Assembly: GCA_023334545.1 (NCBI GenBank)
Contig: JAADVB010000024.1
Coordinates: 1 to 64,000, forward strand
DNA length: 64,000 bases
Direction: 5' to 3'
Source: Salisapilia sapeloensis CBS 127946
Taxonomy: Eukaryota > Protista > Oomycota
Positions within the stretch are counted from its first letter, which is position 1. Every line of letters begins with the position of its first letter. A program made the position numbers and the translations under genes. Below the pieces are notes generated by a model that worked only from the letters and a program-made list of their open reading frames with translations, was not told the DNA's origin and searched no databases. Positions 1 through 9,096 of the stretch are shown here, one piece after another.

Positions 1-1216
1 AGAGAAGCCGGATAAAGTCATGATGTACTGCACTGGAGGTATCCGGTGTGAAAAAGTTGGTGCCTACGTCCGTCAGCATAAGCAGATCGACAATGTCCAG
101 AAGCTGAAAGGAGGTATCGTCAGCTACGCCAACTATGTCAACGAGCAGGAAAGCAAGCCTCGATCTCTCTTCCGAGGCAAGAACTTCGTCTTTGACCAGC
201 GCTGCGTCACTCGGACACCATCCACCAGCGGCGAAGAAGTCGATGCGAACCAAGTCACAGATGACGTCCTGGGCAAGTGTTTCCAATGTGGAGCGCCTTG
301 CAACCAACACACCAACTGCAGCAATGACATGTGTGGGAGACTCATCCTTCACTGCAGTGATTGCATATCAACTCTATCGAATGCATGCAGTGAAGCGTGC
401 AAGCAAGAGCATGTAAAGATGAGAAAGATGGATCTATTCACTCGTCGACAATACCGAAAGCAGAACGCAAGTAAATGGAAACCTACGATCCCGAACGCAC
501 TTCCTATCCATACGCAGCTAGCAGCTTACTCTACTTCCAACAACAACCAGAGCAAATCCCCTAAGGAGCATGAGTACTGCAAAGATCAAAGCACAGCACT
601 TTCAGATGCGGACCTCTTGCATGAACTACGGGAGCAGACTCTAGCATCTTGGTCCAAATCGCATCAAATGGTCGATGAGTCTCAAGGTCAGCTTCTACGG
701 TTTCTCGTCAGGTCTTTAAACGCCAAGCGTGTGCTGGAGATCGGTACATTCACAGGGTACTCTGCACTCTGTATGGCAGGTGGACTCGATTCCACCGGTT
801 CAGTGGTCACCTGCGATGTTGACCCTGCCGCTATGAAAGTTGCACAGTCTTTCTTCCGCCGGAGTAAACATCATATTGATGGCCGTGTAACGGACGGCTT
901 GGAGGAACTAGCTCGTCTAAAGGATGAAGCTCATCAGTTTGACTTTATATTTGTTGACGCGAACAAGCGCAAGTATGGAGAGTACTACAACGCCATCATG
1001 GATCAAGAGTTACTAGCCCCCAATGGTTTACTCGCTTTTGACAATACTTTATTTCGTGGGCGAGTAGTGGCGAGTGCGAATGGAGAGGCTAGTCATAAAG
1101 AACGTATCGCTCGATCTGTCCGAGACTTCAATGCGCTTGTCGCAAAAGACGTACGTACGATCCAGATACTTCTACCGCTTTGGGACGGCCTCACGCTCAT
1201 TCGACACCAGAGTTGA
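1..1216 (+). CDS. trhO: TrhO/YceA (UPF0176) rhodanese-type tRNA uridine-34 hydroxylase domain fused to a cation-dependent class I SAM O-methyltransferase (CCoAOMT/COMT-like, Methyltransf_3); 5'-truncated
   Basis: Frame is open from the window start (EKPDKVMMYC...). TrhO motifs: YCTGGIRCEK, LKGGIVSY, FRGKNFVFDQR and the Cys-rich Rhodanese_C cluster CFQCGAPCNQHTNC..C..LILHCSDC....ACSEAC. From about nt 566 in the same stop-free frame, OMT motifs: LLHELREQT, VLEIGTFTGYSAL, DFIFVDANK, LLAFDNTLFRG, WDGLTLI. Confidence 0.9.
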   Translation, partial: EKPDKVMMYCTGGIRCEKVGAYVRQHKQIDNVQKLKGGIVSYANYVNEQESKPRSLFRGKNFVFDQRCVTRTPSTSGEEVDANQVTDDVLGKCFQCGAPCNQHTNCSNDMCGRLILHCSDCISTLSNACSEACKQEHVKMRKMDLFTRRQYRKQNASKWKPTIPNALPIHTQLAAYSTSNNNQSKSPKEHEYCKDQSTALSDADLLHELREQTLASWSKSHQMVDESQGQLLRFLVRSLNAKRVLEIGTFTGYSALCMAGGLDSTGSVVTCDVDPAAMKVAQSFFRRSKHHIDGRVTDGLEELARLKDEAHQFDFIFVDANKRKYGEYYNAIMDQELLAPNGLLAFDNTLFRGRVVASANGEASHKERIARSVRDFNALVAKDVRTIQILLPLWDGLTLIRHQS

Positions 1217-1565
1217 CTAGCGAAATAGATCATACAATGTGGTTGGGTTTCTAATGCGTTACTCTTGTATCTTCATGTAACCTCCATCGCCAGTATCGTT
1301 CTTGAAAAGGCTCATGGAAAGTCTAGCACATGTCGCGAAGATACCACGACGTCGGTTAAAGTTGGATGAAGTCGGGGATATGTGAGTCCTGAGATGCTAG
1401 AGTGCCATTTCGAGGCATCGTATCGTCGCCAAACGGTGGAAGAATGAAAATTAGAACATTGATACATAGAAGATGTACCGATAGAGCATGCTATTGGTGA
1501 TAACTGTATTCTGTACTACGATCCGACTATGCTACCAGCTCCTTCATCCGACCTCGACTCCATCC

Positions 1566-1581
1566 TCACTTCTCAATCTGC
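1566..1581 (+). promoter_or_regulatory. Oomycete-type INR+FPR core promoter of the tyrosinase gene
   Basis: TCACTTC (YCAYTYY) + 2 nt + AATCTGC (one mismatch to MWTTTNC), about 55-70 nt upstream of the ATG at 1636. Confidence 0.5.
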
Positions 1582-1635
1582 GCCCGAGGTGCAAGCTTGG
1601 ACCGAACTACTTTGCGCTCTACTGCCAGATCCAAG

Positions 1636-3750
1636 ATGGTATGGAAAATGCTTTCCAAGGTGCTCAGCATCTGCTTGATCATCCTAGCGATGCATCAAGC
1701 CGATGCAACCTGTCGGCAAAGACGTGTGCGTAAATCATACGACCGAATGAACACGCGTGAAAAGACCTTGTTCCGAAATGCCATCCAGGATGCCATGGAC
1801 AGAGGTTACAATATGAGGTTTACGGAAATCCACATGGAGTCGCAATCCGAGATGCAAGCGCATCAAGTCTGCACCTTCATCTACTGGCACAGAGCATTCC
1901 TCCTTGGTTATGAGAATATGTTACGCAGTCTCAGGCCAGAGTACGAGTGCTTAACGGTGCCATACTGGGATACGGTAACCCATTCGGCAAATGAAATGGA
2001 CGGCGACTGCTCGTCTACGGAAGGATGCTCCCCAGTCGTAGGTGACCTTGGTGGAACTCAAGTCGGCATTCAGACACCAGCCACGTTCAGAGTTAACGGC
2101 CGTCGCCAGCCGACCGGGTACAGGTGTGTTACTAGTAGCCCGATGGATCACTTTTGCCAGGATCGCTTTGCCTCGGGTGATGACTGCTACCAATGCCTTC
2201 CTCGTGAAAATCTTCGCAGTAGAAGTCTTCCATCCGCAGTGACTTTCAACTCGGTCTATCGCCAACTTTTTTCACAAGAAGCCTTTAATGACTTCCGCCC
2301 CTTGCTCGAGTATGGCATGCACAATTCGATGCATAACAACATTGGAGGGTCCATGGCTACCTTCCAAGGCACTGGTGATCCTCTTTTCTGGGTTCACCAC
2401 TCTTTCGTCGATCTCTTGGCTTCACTTTATTACTTCTGCCATGGTGTAATGGGTCGCCTATCATCACAAGAAATGCGTGATAACATTTACTCGTTCCAAA
2501 CATGCGAGAGTCGTAGTGGTGGTGACGTCACGGCAGACACCGAAATCACATTCAGAGATGGTGGATGGACTAGTGAACTACCAGCTGCGTCTGTCTGGGA
2601 CCCAAGTCACGATCTGTACCCGTTCTTTGAAAACGTTCCACGCAGGTTCTCCGAGCTTGCGGATATAAGTCAGCTCGGTGAATCTACGTACACGTACAGT
2701 GTTGGTGGTCTCATGCTCTACCTGATGCGCAACTGCGAGGACTCAAACAGAAATATTGCCGAACGTCGTCTAAGTGAGATGGCGATGATGATGAATGCCA
2801 CGGAGGTTGGTGACAACAACGATGCTGGATGTGACTTTTATGGTGGCAAAATTAAGAAGGGGGTGACTCCCGATCAAAAGAAGGACATGATGAAGGACCT
2901 AGTAAAGATTAAGAAAGATCTTGAAAACAGTCCAGAGGGATGTCCATTCGATTTGGATGCCACCGAAGAAGAGATCGATAAGGCTCCTGCTACCGTCAAG
3001 ATGCAGCAGTTTACCAAGGAAGTAGAGGCGAGACTCTATAAGAAGAAAAAGCAAGATGAAGGGAGCGACATTACGCGTGCCATGGAGATTGATGACGCGA
3101 GTGCTGCCGCTAAAGACCATGACGACATCCTAATTGAAATTGAGCGCATGACGTGCATGTACTACGAAAAGTGCTTGTACGGTACGCCAGACTACTCGCC
3201 CGAGTTCAAGGAAGCATTTGGCGTGACAGATCCGCCTGCTTGCAAGCAAATTGTGGACGAAATCAAGGCCGATACTACCGGTGAAAAGCAATTGAAGCTA
3301 CCAAACTGGGATAAGGTTTTCACCAAGTATTTCAACTGTCCGAAGGAAGAAGGCGTAGCAGCGTATGTCAAGTGGGGTGATGAGATTGGCGACGATACGA
3401 CTGATGGTCTTTTCGATCCAGAAAGCAGTGGTTCTGGTGCTCTGGATATCGACATTGGTGATGCTGAGGGTATCACAGACGATCTGGTTGAAGTGGGAGA
3501 TGACTTTGACAATGCTGACGAGGATGACACAACTGCTCCAGTCGATGGTGATGATAATGTCAAGGATGATGGCGTCCCTGAGAATGACACGCCCGCATCA
3601 GTGGATGCAAGCGATGATATCGATGATGGCGATGCTCCTGAGGATGACACACCTGCCCCAGTTGAAACGGGTGATGAAGATGCTGATATAGACCAAGACG
3701 ATGACTTCTTTGAGGACGGCGGAACGGATTTTATTGGTGACTTTAAATAA
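1636..3750 (+). CDS. Secreted tyrosinase (type-3 dicopper oxidase) with Cys-containing C-terminal domain and acidic tail
   Basis: Signal-peptide-like MVWKMLSKVLSICLIILAMHQADA (ATG 1636; the track's 1597 start is a TTG). CuA: EIH..AHQVCTFIYWHRAFL. CuB: MHNSMHNNIGGSM..DPLFWVHHSFVD. All six His ligands are present. Confidence 0.92.
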   Translation: MVWKMLSKVLSICLIILAMHQADATCRQRRVRKSYDRMNTREKTLFRNAIQDAMDRGYNMRFTEIHMESQSEMQAHQVCTFIYWHRAFLLGYENMLRSLRPEYECLTVPYWDTVTHSANEMDGDCSSTEGCSPVVGDLGGTQVGIQTPATFRVNGRRQPTGYRCVTSSPMDHFCQDRFASGDDCYQCLPRENLRSRSLPSAVTFNSVYRQLFSQEAFNDFRPLLEYGMHNSMHNNIGGSMATFQGTGDPLFWVHHSFVDLLASLYYFCHGVMGRLSSQEMRDNIYSFQTCESRSGGDVTADTEITFRDGGWTSELPAASVWDPSHDLYPFFENVPRRFSELADISQLGESTYTYSVGGLMLYLMRNCEDSNRNIAERRLSEMAMMMNATEVGDNNDAGCDFYGGKIKKGVTPDQKKDMMKDLVKIKKDLENSPEGCPFDLDATEEEIDKAPATVKMQQFTKEVEARLYKKKKQDEGSDITRAMEIDDASAAAKDHDDILIEIERMTCMYYEKCLYGTPDYSPEFKEAFGVTDPPACKQIVDEIKADTTGEKQLKLPNWDKVFTKYFNCPKEEGVAAYVKWGDEIGDDTTDGLFDPESSGSGALDIDIGDAEGITDDLVEVGDDFDNADEDDTTAPVDGDDNVKDDGVPENDTPASVDASDDIDDGDAPEDDTPAPVETGDEDADIDQDDDFFEDGGTDFIGDFK
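3511..3690 (+). repeat. Three imperfect 60-bp (20-aa) tandem repeats in the tyrosinase acidic tail
   Basis: GAGGATGACACAACTGCTCCAGTCGAT / GAGAATGACACGCCCGCATCAGTGGAT / GAGGATGACACACCTGCCCCAGTTGAA recur at an exact 60-nt period (EDDTTAPVD, ENDTPASVD, EDDTPAPVE). Confidence 0.85.
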
Positions 3751-4187
3751 GTCTTCATCTTTGACATGCCATTTAGCCCAAGCGTGGACAACGACATTGA
3801 CATTGCGAGCGACTGCTAGGTTACAGTCGCCATTTTGATTCTGATCGTACTTTTAGTTTACTTTACTTGGATATCAATCCACATCTGCAACAATTTTTGC
3901 TTTGAAGTCCGTGTTGTTCCATTTCCATTCGCAACGTATAAAGATACGCCGTCGTCGGCAACAGGGCATACTCAAGTCAAGATAGAAAAAGCCTCCGCCT
4001 TCGGAAATCGAGGTTACCACAAGTCAGTATCACAATTCATTTGACGCCCAAGTACAAAGGCCGAAGATAGTCCATGATAAATTTGAAATGCTTGATGGAG
4101 GGGATGATAGCATTTTCAGTTCCCACTCTTACCCTTCGTATCGTGAAAACATGCATTGCAGTCCAAGCTCTTTTAAGCAAGTAATGC

Positions 4188-5786
4188 TTAGAAAGAGAAT
4201 CCACCCAACGTGGTGTAATTACGCAGCTTTAATGTCTCCATGTCCTGCTCGTGGTGCAGGTCAAGGTAGCTGACCATGATCTTGTTCACGTTCACGTTCT
4301 CCATGCTGCCTTGGCATTCGCGCTCAAACAGCATTGGTCCAAGACAGTACAGGTTTACGTCGCCAGCAACATGACCAGTGGTCGTCCAACCAATGTAGCC
4401 TTCAGCACTAGCAATGCGAGCAACTTGGATGAGCACATCGGCAAGATCACCACTGACATCCACGGCTTCAGCAATTGAGGCTTCCAACTTATCCGTCTCA
4501 CCCTCCTCGAAGGACGTGATGTTCGTGTACTGGATAAGAAGGTCACGACTCTTCTCGAGTAGAGCACTCTTACACGACTCATTCTTGTCAGAGCCACAGT
4601 TATCTCCTTCAAAAACATTTTCGAGACGGTCACCCATGGCTTCCGAAGTCATCGTTTGCATCGCCAAAGTGCGGGGGAACCACTCGTACGGAGCAATGTT
4701 GCCAATTGACAAACCACCGGTACCATGATCAGCGACCGAGACCATAGCTGTATTCGGCTCATCCGCCATGTGATCCTTGACGAGCCCAACTGTCTCGTCG
4801 AACTTTATGGCCTCCATAGCCATTGGACCAGCGTCATTCGCATGGCCAGCGTGATCAATGCGCGAGCCTTCAATCATGATAAAGTATCCATACTCTTGTG
4901 CCTGCTTGTTGTTCTTGAGAATGGATAAAATGGTCTCCGTCATCTCTGGCAGGCTCGGCTGGCGGTCGTCACCGGTGGCACCATCCTCGTTGTTCTCCAT
5001 CATACGCACACGATCAACATCGTAACTCATGTGGCTCTTAGCAAAGAGACCGTAGAGAGCCAGGTTACCATCATCGACATGTGCATCGTGATAGGCGTTG
5101 AGCTCTCCAATGTTTTTGACGATCGTGTACCCGTTCGCGGTCAGATTTTGCTGGAGATCATCGGGGAAGTGACGCTCGCCACCACCAAGCATAAAGTCAA
5201 GCTTACCATTAGCTACATATTGACGAGCAATCTCGTCTTCATCATTGCGGTCAGCCACATGAGCAGCAAAGCAGCCCGGTGTTGCGTGCGTCACACGCGA
5301 GGTTACAATCATACCAGTGACCATACCACGCGCCTTGGCTGCTTCAAGGACTGTACCTACTGGTTGCTCAAAGTTGTCGACAGAGATTGCAGCATTATAC
5401 GTCTTGTATCCGGCCGAGTACGCAGTACCGGATGCGGCCGAGTCGGTGATCAGCGAGCTAGCCGAGTATGTCTTAACAGTGCCACGCAATAAGGGATCTA
5501 TGTGAAGATTCGTCTTCATGGTTGGGTCCAGCACCGATCGTGCCATAGTGAAGACCTGAGGGGAAGTGCCATCCGGGATCATGATGATCAAGTTGCGTGG
5601 CTTGGATGCATCCTCATCATCGCCGTACTGGTAGGAAAAGCTCTTTGGCGGATAGTCATCACGGTAGTTGTCCTCCCCCTCATAAGTCGGCGACATGGCC
5701 GGTGTCGTAGCTGGTGTCGCATCTTGAGCGCTTGCAAGCGATACAATCACGAAGGAGCAGAACGAAAGGGCAAGTGAGAGCTTCAT
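4188..5786 (-). CDS. Secreted alkaline phosphatase (PhoA family)
   Basis: Signal peptide MKLSLALSFCSFVIVSLASA. Motifs IMIPDG, TDSAASGTA (catalytic Ser), VTHATP, FIMIEGSRIDHAGH, VADHGTGG, GHVAGDV. Confidence 0.95.
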   Translation of the reverse strand: MKLSLALSFCSFVIVSLASAQDATPATTPAMSPTYEGEDNYRDDYPPKSFSYQYGDDEDASKPRNLIIMIPDGTSPQVFTMARSVLDPTMKTNLHIDPLLRGTVKTYSASSLITDSAASGTAYSAGYKTYNAAISVDNFEQPVGTVLEAAKARGMVTGMIVTSRVTHATPGCFAAHVADRNDEDEIARQYVANGKLDFMLGGGERHFPDDLQQNLTANGYTIVKNIGELNAYHDAHVDDGNLALYGLFAKSHMSYDVDRVRMMENNEDGATGDDRQPSLPEMTETILSILKNNKQAQEYGYFIMIEGSRIDHAGHANDAGPMAMEAIKFDETVGLVKDHMADEPNTAMVSVADHGTGGLSIGNIAPYEWFPRTLAMQTMTSEAMGDRLENVFEGDNCGSDKNESCKSALLEKSRDLLIQYTNITSFEEGETDKLEASIAEAVDVSGDLADVLIQVARIASAEGYIGWTTTGHVAGDVNLYCLGPMLFERECQGSMENVNVNKIMVSYLDLHHEQDMETLKLRNYTTLGGFSF

Positions 5787-7146
5787 GATCCAGAAACAAA
5801 GGAGGCTTGTGGCGTTGGCAGCAAAAGTGCAAATGGGCCGTGGAATGAGTCTGGATGAAAACGGCCCGATTCATACACATTTAGTCTCACCTGTCACTGA
5901 CGGTTTTCGTTGCTCGCTCGATGCAAGTTGATCGGGTTTTCATACGAGCATAATCTACTCCCGTACTTCAAAACGGACCGAACCTCAAGGTTACCACATG
6001 GTCTCATCTGAGTACAGATTCGGGAAGTACTTCCGGAGAACCTCTACCGTGATGCGTACGCGGGAAGTCATGTCAGCTTCAGCCAACCTTGATGAGAGAT
6101 ATTAATACACGCCGATATGAGACTGGCATCGCGAATGTGCAAAAGGACGCAATGAACAATGGCGGCTACACATAGGTATCCAGCTAGTTCGTTTCGTCTT
6201 CCTCTATTAAGTATTATGAATCGTAGCTTCATCATGAGCACGATAAACTACATGTCGTAATGACAAGAGTTGTCTCTATGGCTACACCGTAGCTGCAAAA
6301 GATTAAAGAGACACATCCATGAAGCATTGAATCTTCACAATTGACAGGCTAGAGCTTGTCTCCTGAATCTGCGTTTCACGAAAAAAAGGCAGTGGCTCGT
6401 GGTAACGTAAAGTCTTCATAGCATTCGAGACAAGATTCCACGACCTTTCACAGACACCGAGTATCCTATCGACCTAAAGCAACACCCACCATACTATTTG
6501 CTCGAAAGAGAGAAGCATTTAATGAAAGACACAGAAAGTCAATTTGCATTGCATACTTCCCTGCTCTTAACGTTTTGCTACATGTGAAACTATACGCTGT
6601 AGCGTCATGATACTCGTTTTATATCGGTCGATAGCTCTGGAGAGGTTAGATGAATACAAACAGCAATCATGAAGCACTTGATGAGAAGCACTTGCTCGCT
6701 ATTTCCGATGGCCCAAACACGCATTACTGTCGCAAATAGATACACGCAATATATAAACTAGTAACAATGTCGGCACGGGCACGTCTATCTATCGATGCTG
6801 CATAGCCATCCAAGCAAAGGCCGATCTTTGCATCACATGCGTACTCTGTTACTACGTGCAAGATCAGATACACTCAAAGCTTCCTCCGTGCACTGTACGA
6901 CAAAGTCGGATCATGTTTAGACTTGACGTCAACAATATCAGCGCGTCGTAACTCGATGTCCTATCCTTCGGTCGTACAAGTAAATGGAAGCATGAACAAA
7001 TGTACCTCAAATACTTCTTCATAAAGCTAAGAAAAGGAGATGGCATCATATTGCGCGTAACTTTAGGCGAGTGAGACATGGAGTCCCATGCTGAGTTCCT
7101 CCAAGCAATCGGTAAAAAATATAGACAAACTATCTGGACAGCTCCA

Positions 7147-7881
7147 TCATATCCACTGCGTCTTACAGACAAAGCGGCCACCGTTGCGCACGCGCGACGT
7201 GGCCACGTTGCTCCGTCCAGAGTACCGCGGTCCACGTTTCCAGTTCCGTCGGAAACGCTTCTCGTGGTACCGGTGCAATGCTCGCTTCTTAAACGCAGAC
7301 TTGTCGCTCTTGCAGATCCAACAGGTAGCAGGATCGTGCTTGTACTGCTCCTTCGGCTTGGGCAACGACGTCGGCGGCTTAGACACTGACGGCGACGCAA
7401 ATCCCAAATCGAGACGAGGCAGTTGTCCGATGCGAGGAATGCGAGCATCCAGGCCGGAGAAAACCGGCTTTTGGATGCAGCTGCGAGGGTCCAGTGGAGC
7501 GGGGTGCGCCCAAGAAGGAGCAGCGTGGACAGCTCCTTCCGGAAGGGAAGTGAGGTAGTCTTCCTCCATCTCTTCGTCACTGGACGTACTCGCGTCTTCC
7601 GAGACTGGGTCGTCCAAGATCAAGTCATTGATCCAGGAAGAGTCTAGCTTCGGGTCCTCCTCGGGCAGGTCGAACGGCAAGTTCTGACCGTCGTCCAAGC
7701 CTTGTAAGACATCCGTCAGGTCGTCGACGTCTCTAGCGAGCTTGCTGTCATCGACCTTGATGTCGACGGCATCGGAGTGGAAGAGCGCTTTGTCGAGTTC
7801 GGCAGCAGTGACTTCAAAAGACTCGAGGTCGAGTTGGTGCGTCCAGTTGCTTGTCATCGTATTCGTTGGTGTTGCTTGCAT
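7147..7881 (-). CDS. CCT-domain protein (CONSTANS/CO-like/TOC1 motif) with acidic N-terminal region
   Basis: C-terminal KKRALHRYHEKRFRRNWKRGPRYSGRSNVATSRVRNGGRFV fits the CCT consensus R..RY.EKR..R.F.K..RY..RK..A..R.R..GRF. The N-terminus is D/E-rich. Confidence 0.8.
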   Translation of the reverse strand: MQATPTNTMTSNWTHQLDLESFEVTAAELDKALFHSDAVDIKVDDSKLARDVDDLTDVLQGLDDGQNLPFDLPEEDPKLDSSWINDLILDDPVSEDASTSSDEEMEEDYLTSLPEGAVHAAPSWAHPAPLDPRSCIQKPVFSGLDARIPRIGQLPRLDLGFASPSVSKPPTSLPKPKEQYKHDPATCWICKSDKSAFKKRALHRYHEKRFRRNWKRGPRYSGRSNVATSRVRNGGRFVCKTQWI

Positions 7882-9096
7882 ATTTCATTCGAGGAAACCA
7901 TTGTCAATCAGTCGTCCGATAAAACTACTCGTTTCTACGGTGCCATAGTGTCTTCTAGCTTTGTCGTTTCCATCTCTCCATGACGTATCATGAAAAAAAG
8001 ATGCTCATTCTCTTCTCATGTTCTCCCATACTCCTTAACAGCTCATGATGATAAAGCTGCCTTTCGATTCCAGTACTGTCAAGGCAAAACTCAACACGAA
8101 CGGGGCGTGACGGACTAGGAAGTAGATGAAAAGGTCGTTCAGCGGCTACCGGTTAAGGCAACTTAGAAAGACATCGTCTCCCTGGCGTGTGTGCTAGTCT
8201 GTCTGCGGCGCTCGCCGGATCAAAGGAAGGGGGTCTCTTGCGACCGACGGGTTAAAACCGGAAATGAAGCGATAACCAACGGATTGCTAGAGTGCCAGTT
8301 TACTGCAGGCACATGAAGGTTTGGAAATGCAGTTGATGTTTGTATCGGAGGGACCGGTTGGGCCGGCGTCGAATTAGAGATGAGGGGTGTGCTAGGTGAA
8401 ATGGGAAGACTGAATGATGGTGCGATGTAAAAGGCATCAACTTGTCTTTGTCAAGGTGTACTCGCTGTGATGATACGTTAAGTCTCCGAGTAAGGATATT
8501 GCATATTGCACAGCATGGAGGCTGGTGGTACAGACACGAGCAAGGTGGTGGGGCGATGTAAAGTTGAATGCGACCTTTCAAGGTGCCCGCATCACATCAA
8601 ATCGAACGATGAGCTGGAGCGCTGATGCTCTATGGTAACCGCTTCGACCTTTTGTACACTCAGCACCAGATTTCTGGCGTATGTATCACGAAGAGAAACG
8701 CTCCATGATACATGCTGACGATCGCCTTCATGAAGATAAAACTACGATTTGGCATTGTGACATGCCTCTCGAGTACATATCCCAGCAAGGACAATTTTTC
8801 CTATCGTTTCCAATTGATCGAGCACAAGGTTTGTCTTCACGATGCTCGACCATCAAACAGTGCGATTCTGACTACAAAGATCTCTCCTACAGTTGCAAAA
8901 TGAGAAATGCAGCCAAGTTTCCATGATTGTACAAACTATTTGAAAGCACTCTTGTCCACAGACGAGCGTCATCGATGAGCTATTTATAAAAGTATACGCA
9001 ACAGAGGTGAAATATTCCTTCGACGGGTTAGAGATTCACATAGAATCTCAGGGCGTGTCCACAAGAATTCTTGGTATCCGGACATACTGAACTGAA

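Noticed and set aside
3192-3803. 203-aa Ser-rich antisense ORF
   Set aside because: Reverse-complement artefact of the GAT/GAC-rich acidic tail of the tyrosinase.
5829-5848. INR (TCATTCC) and FPR (CATTTGC) on the minus strand upstream of alkaline phosphatase
   Set aside because: Both motifs match, but the spacer is 6 nt instead of the usual ~2; too uncertain to list as a feature.
6864-7580. 238-aa minus-strand ORF overlapping the CCT gene in another frame, plus several plus-strand ORFs
   Set aside because: Low-complexity Arg/Ser-rich translation with no motif; the CCT frame explains the region.
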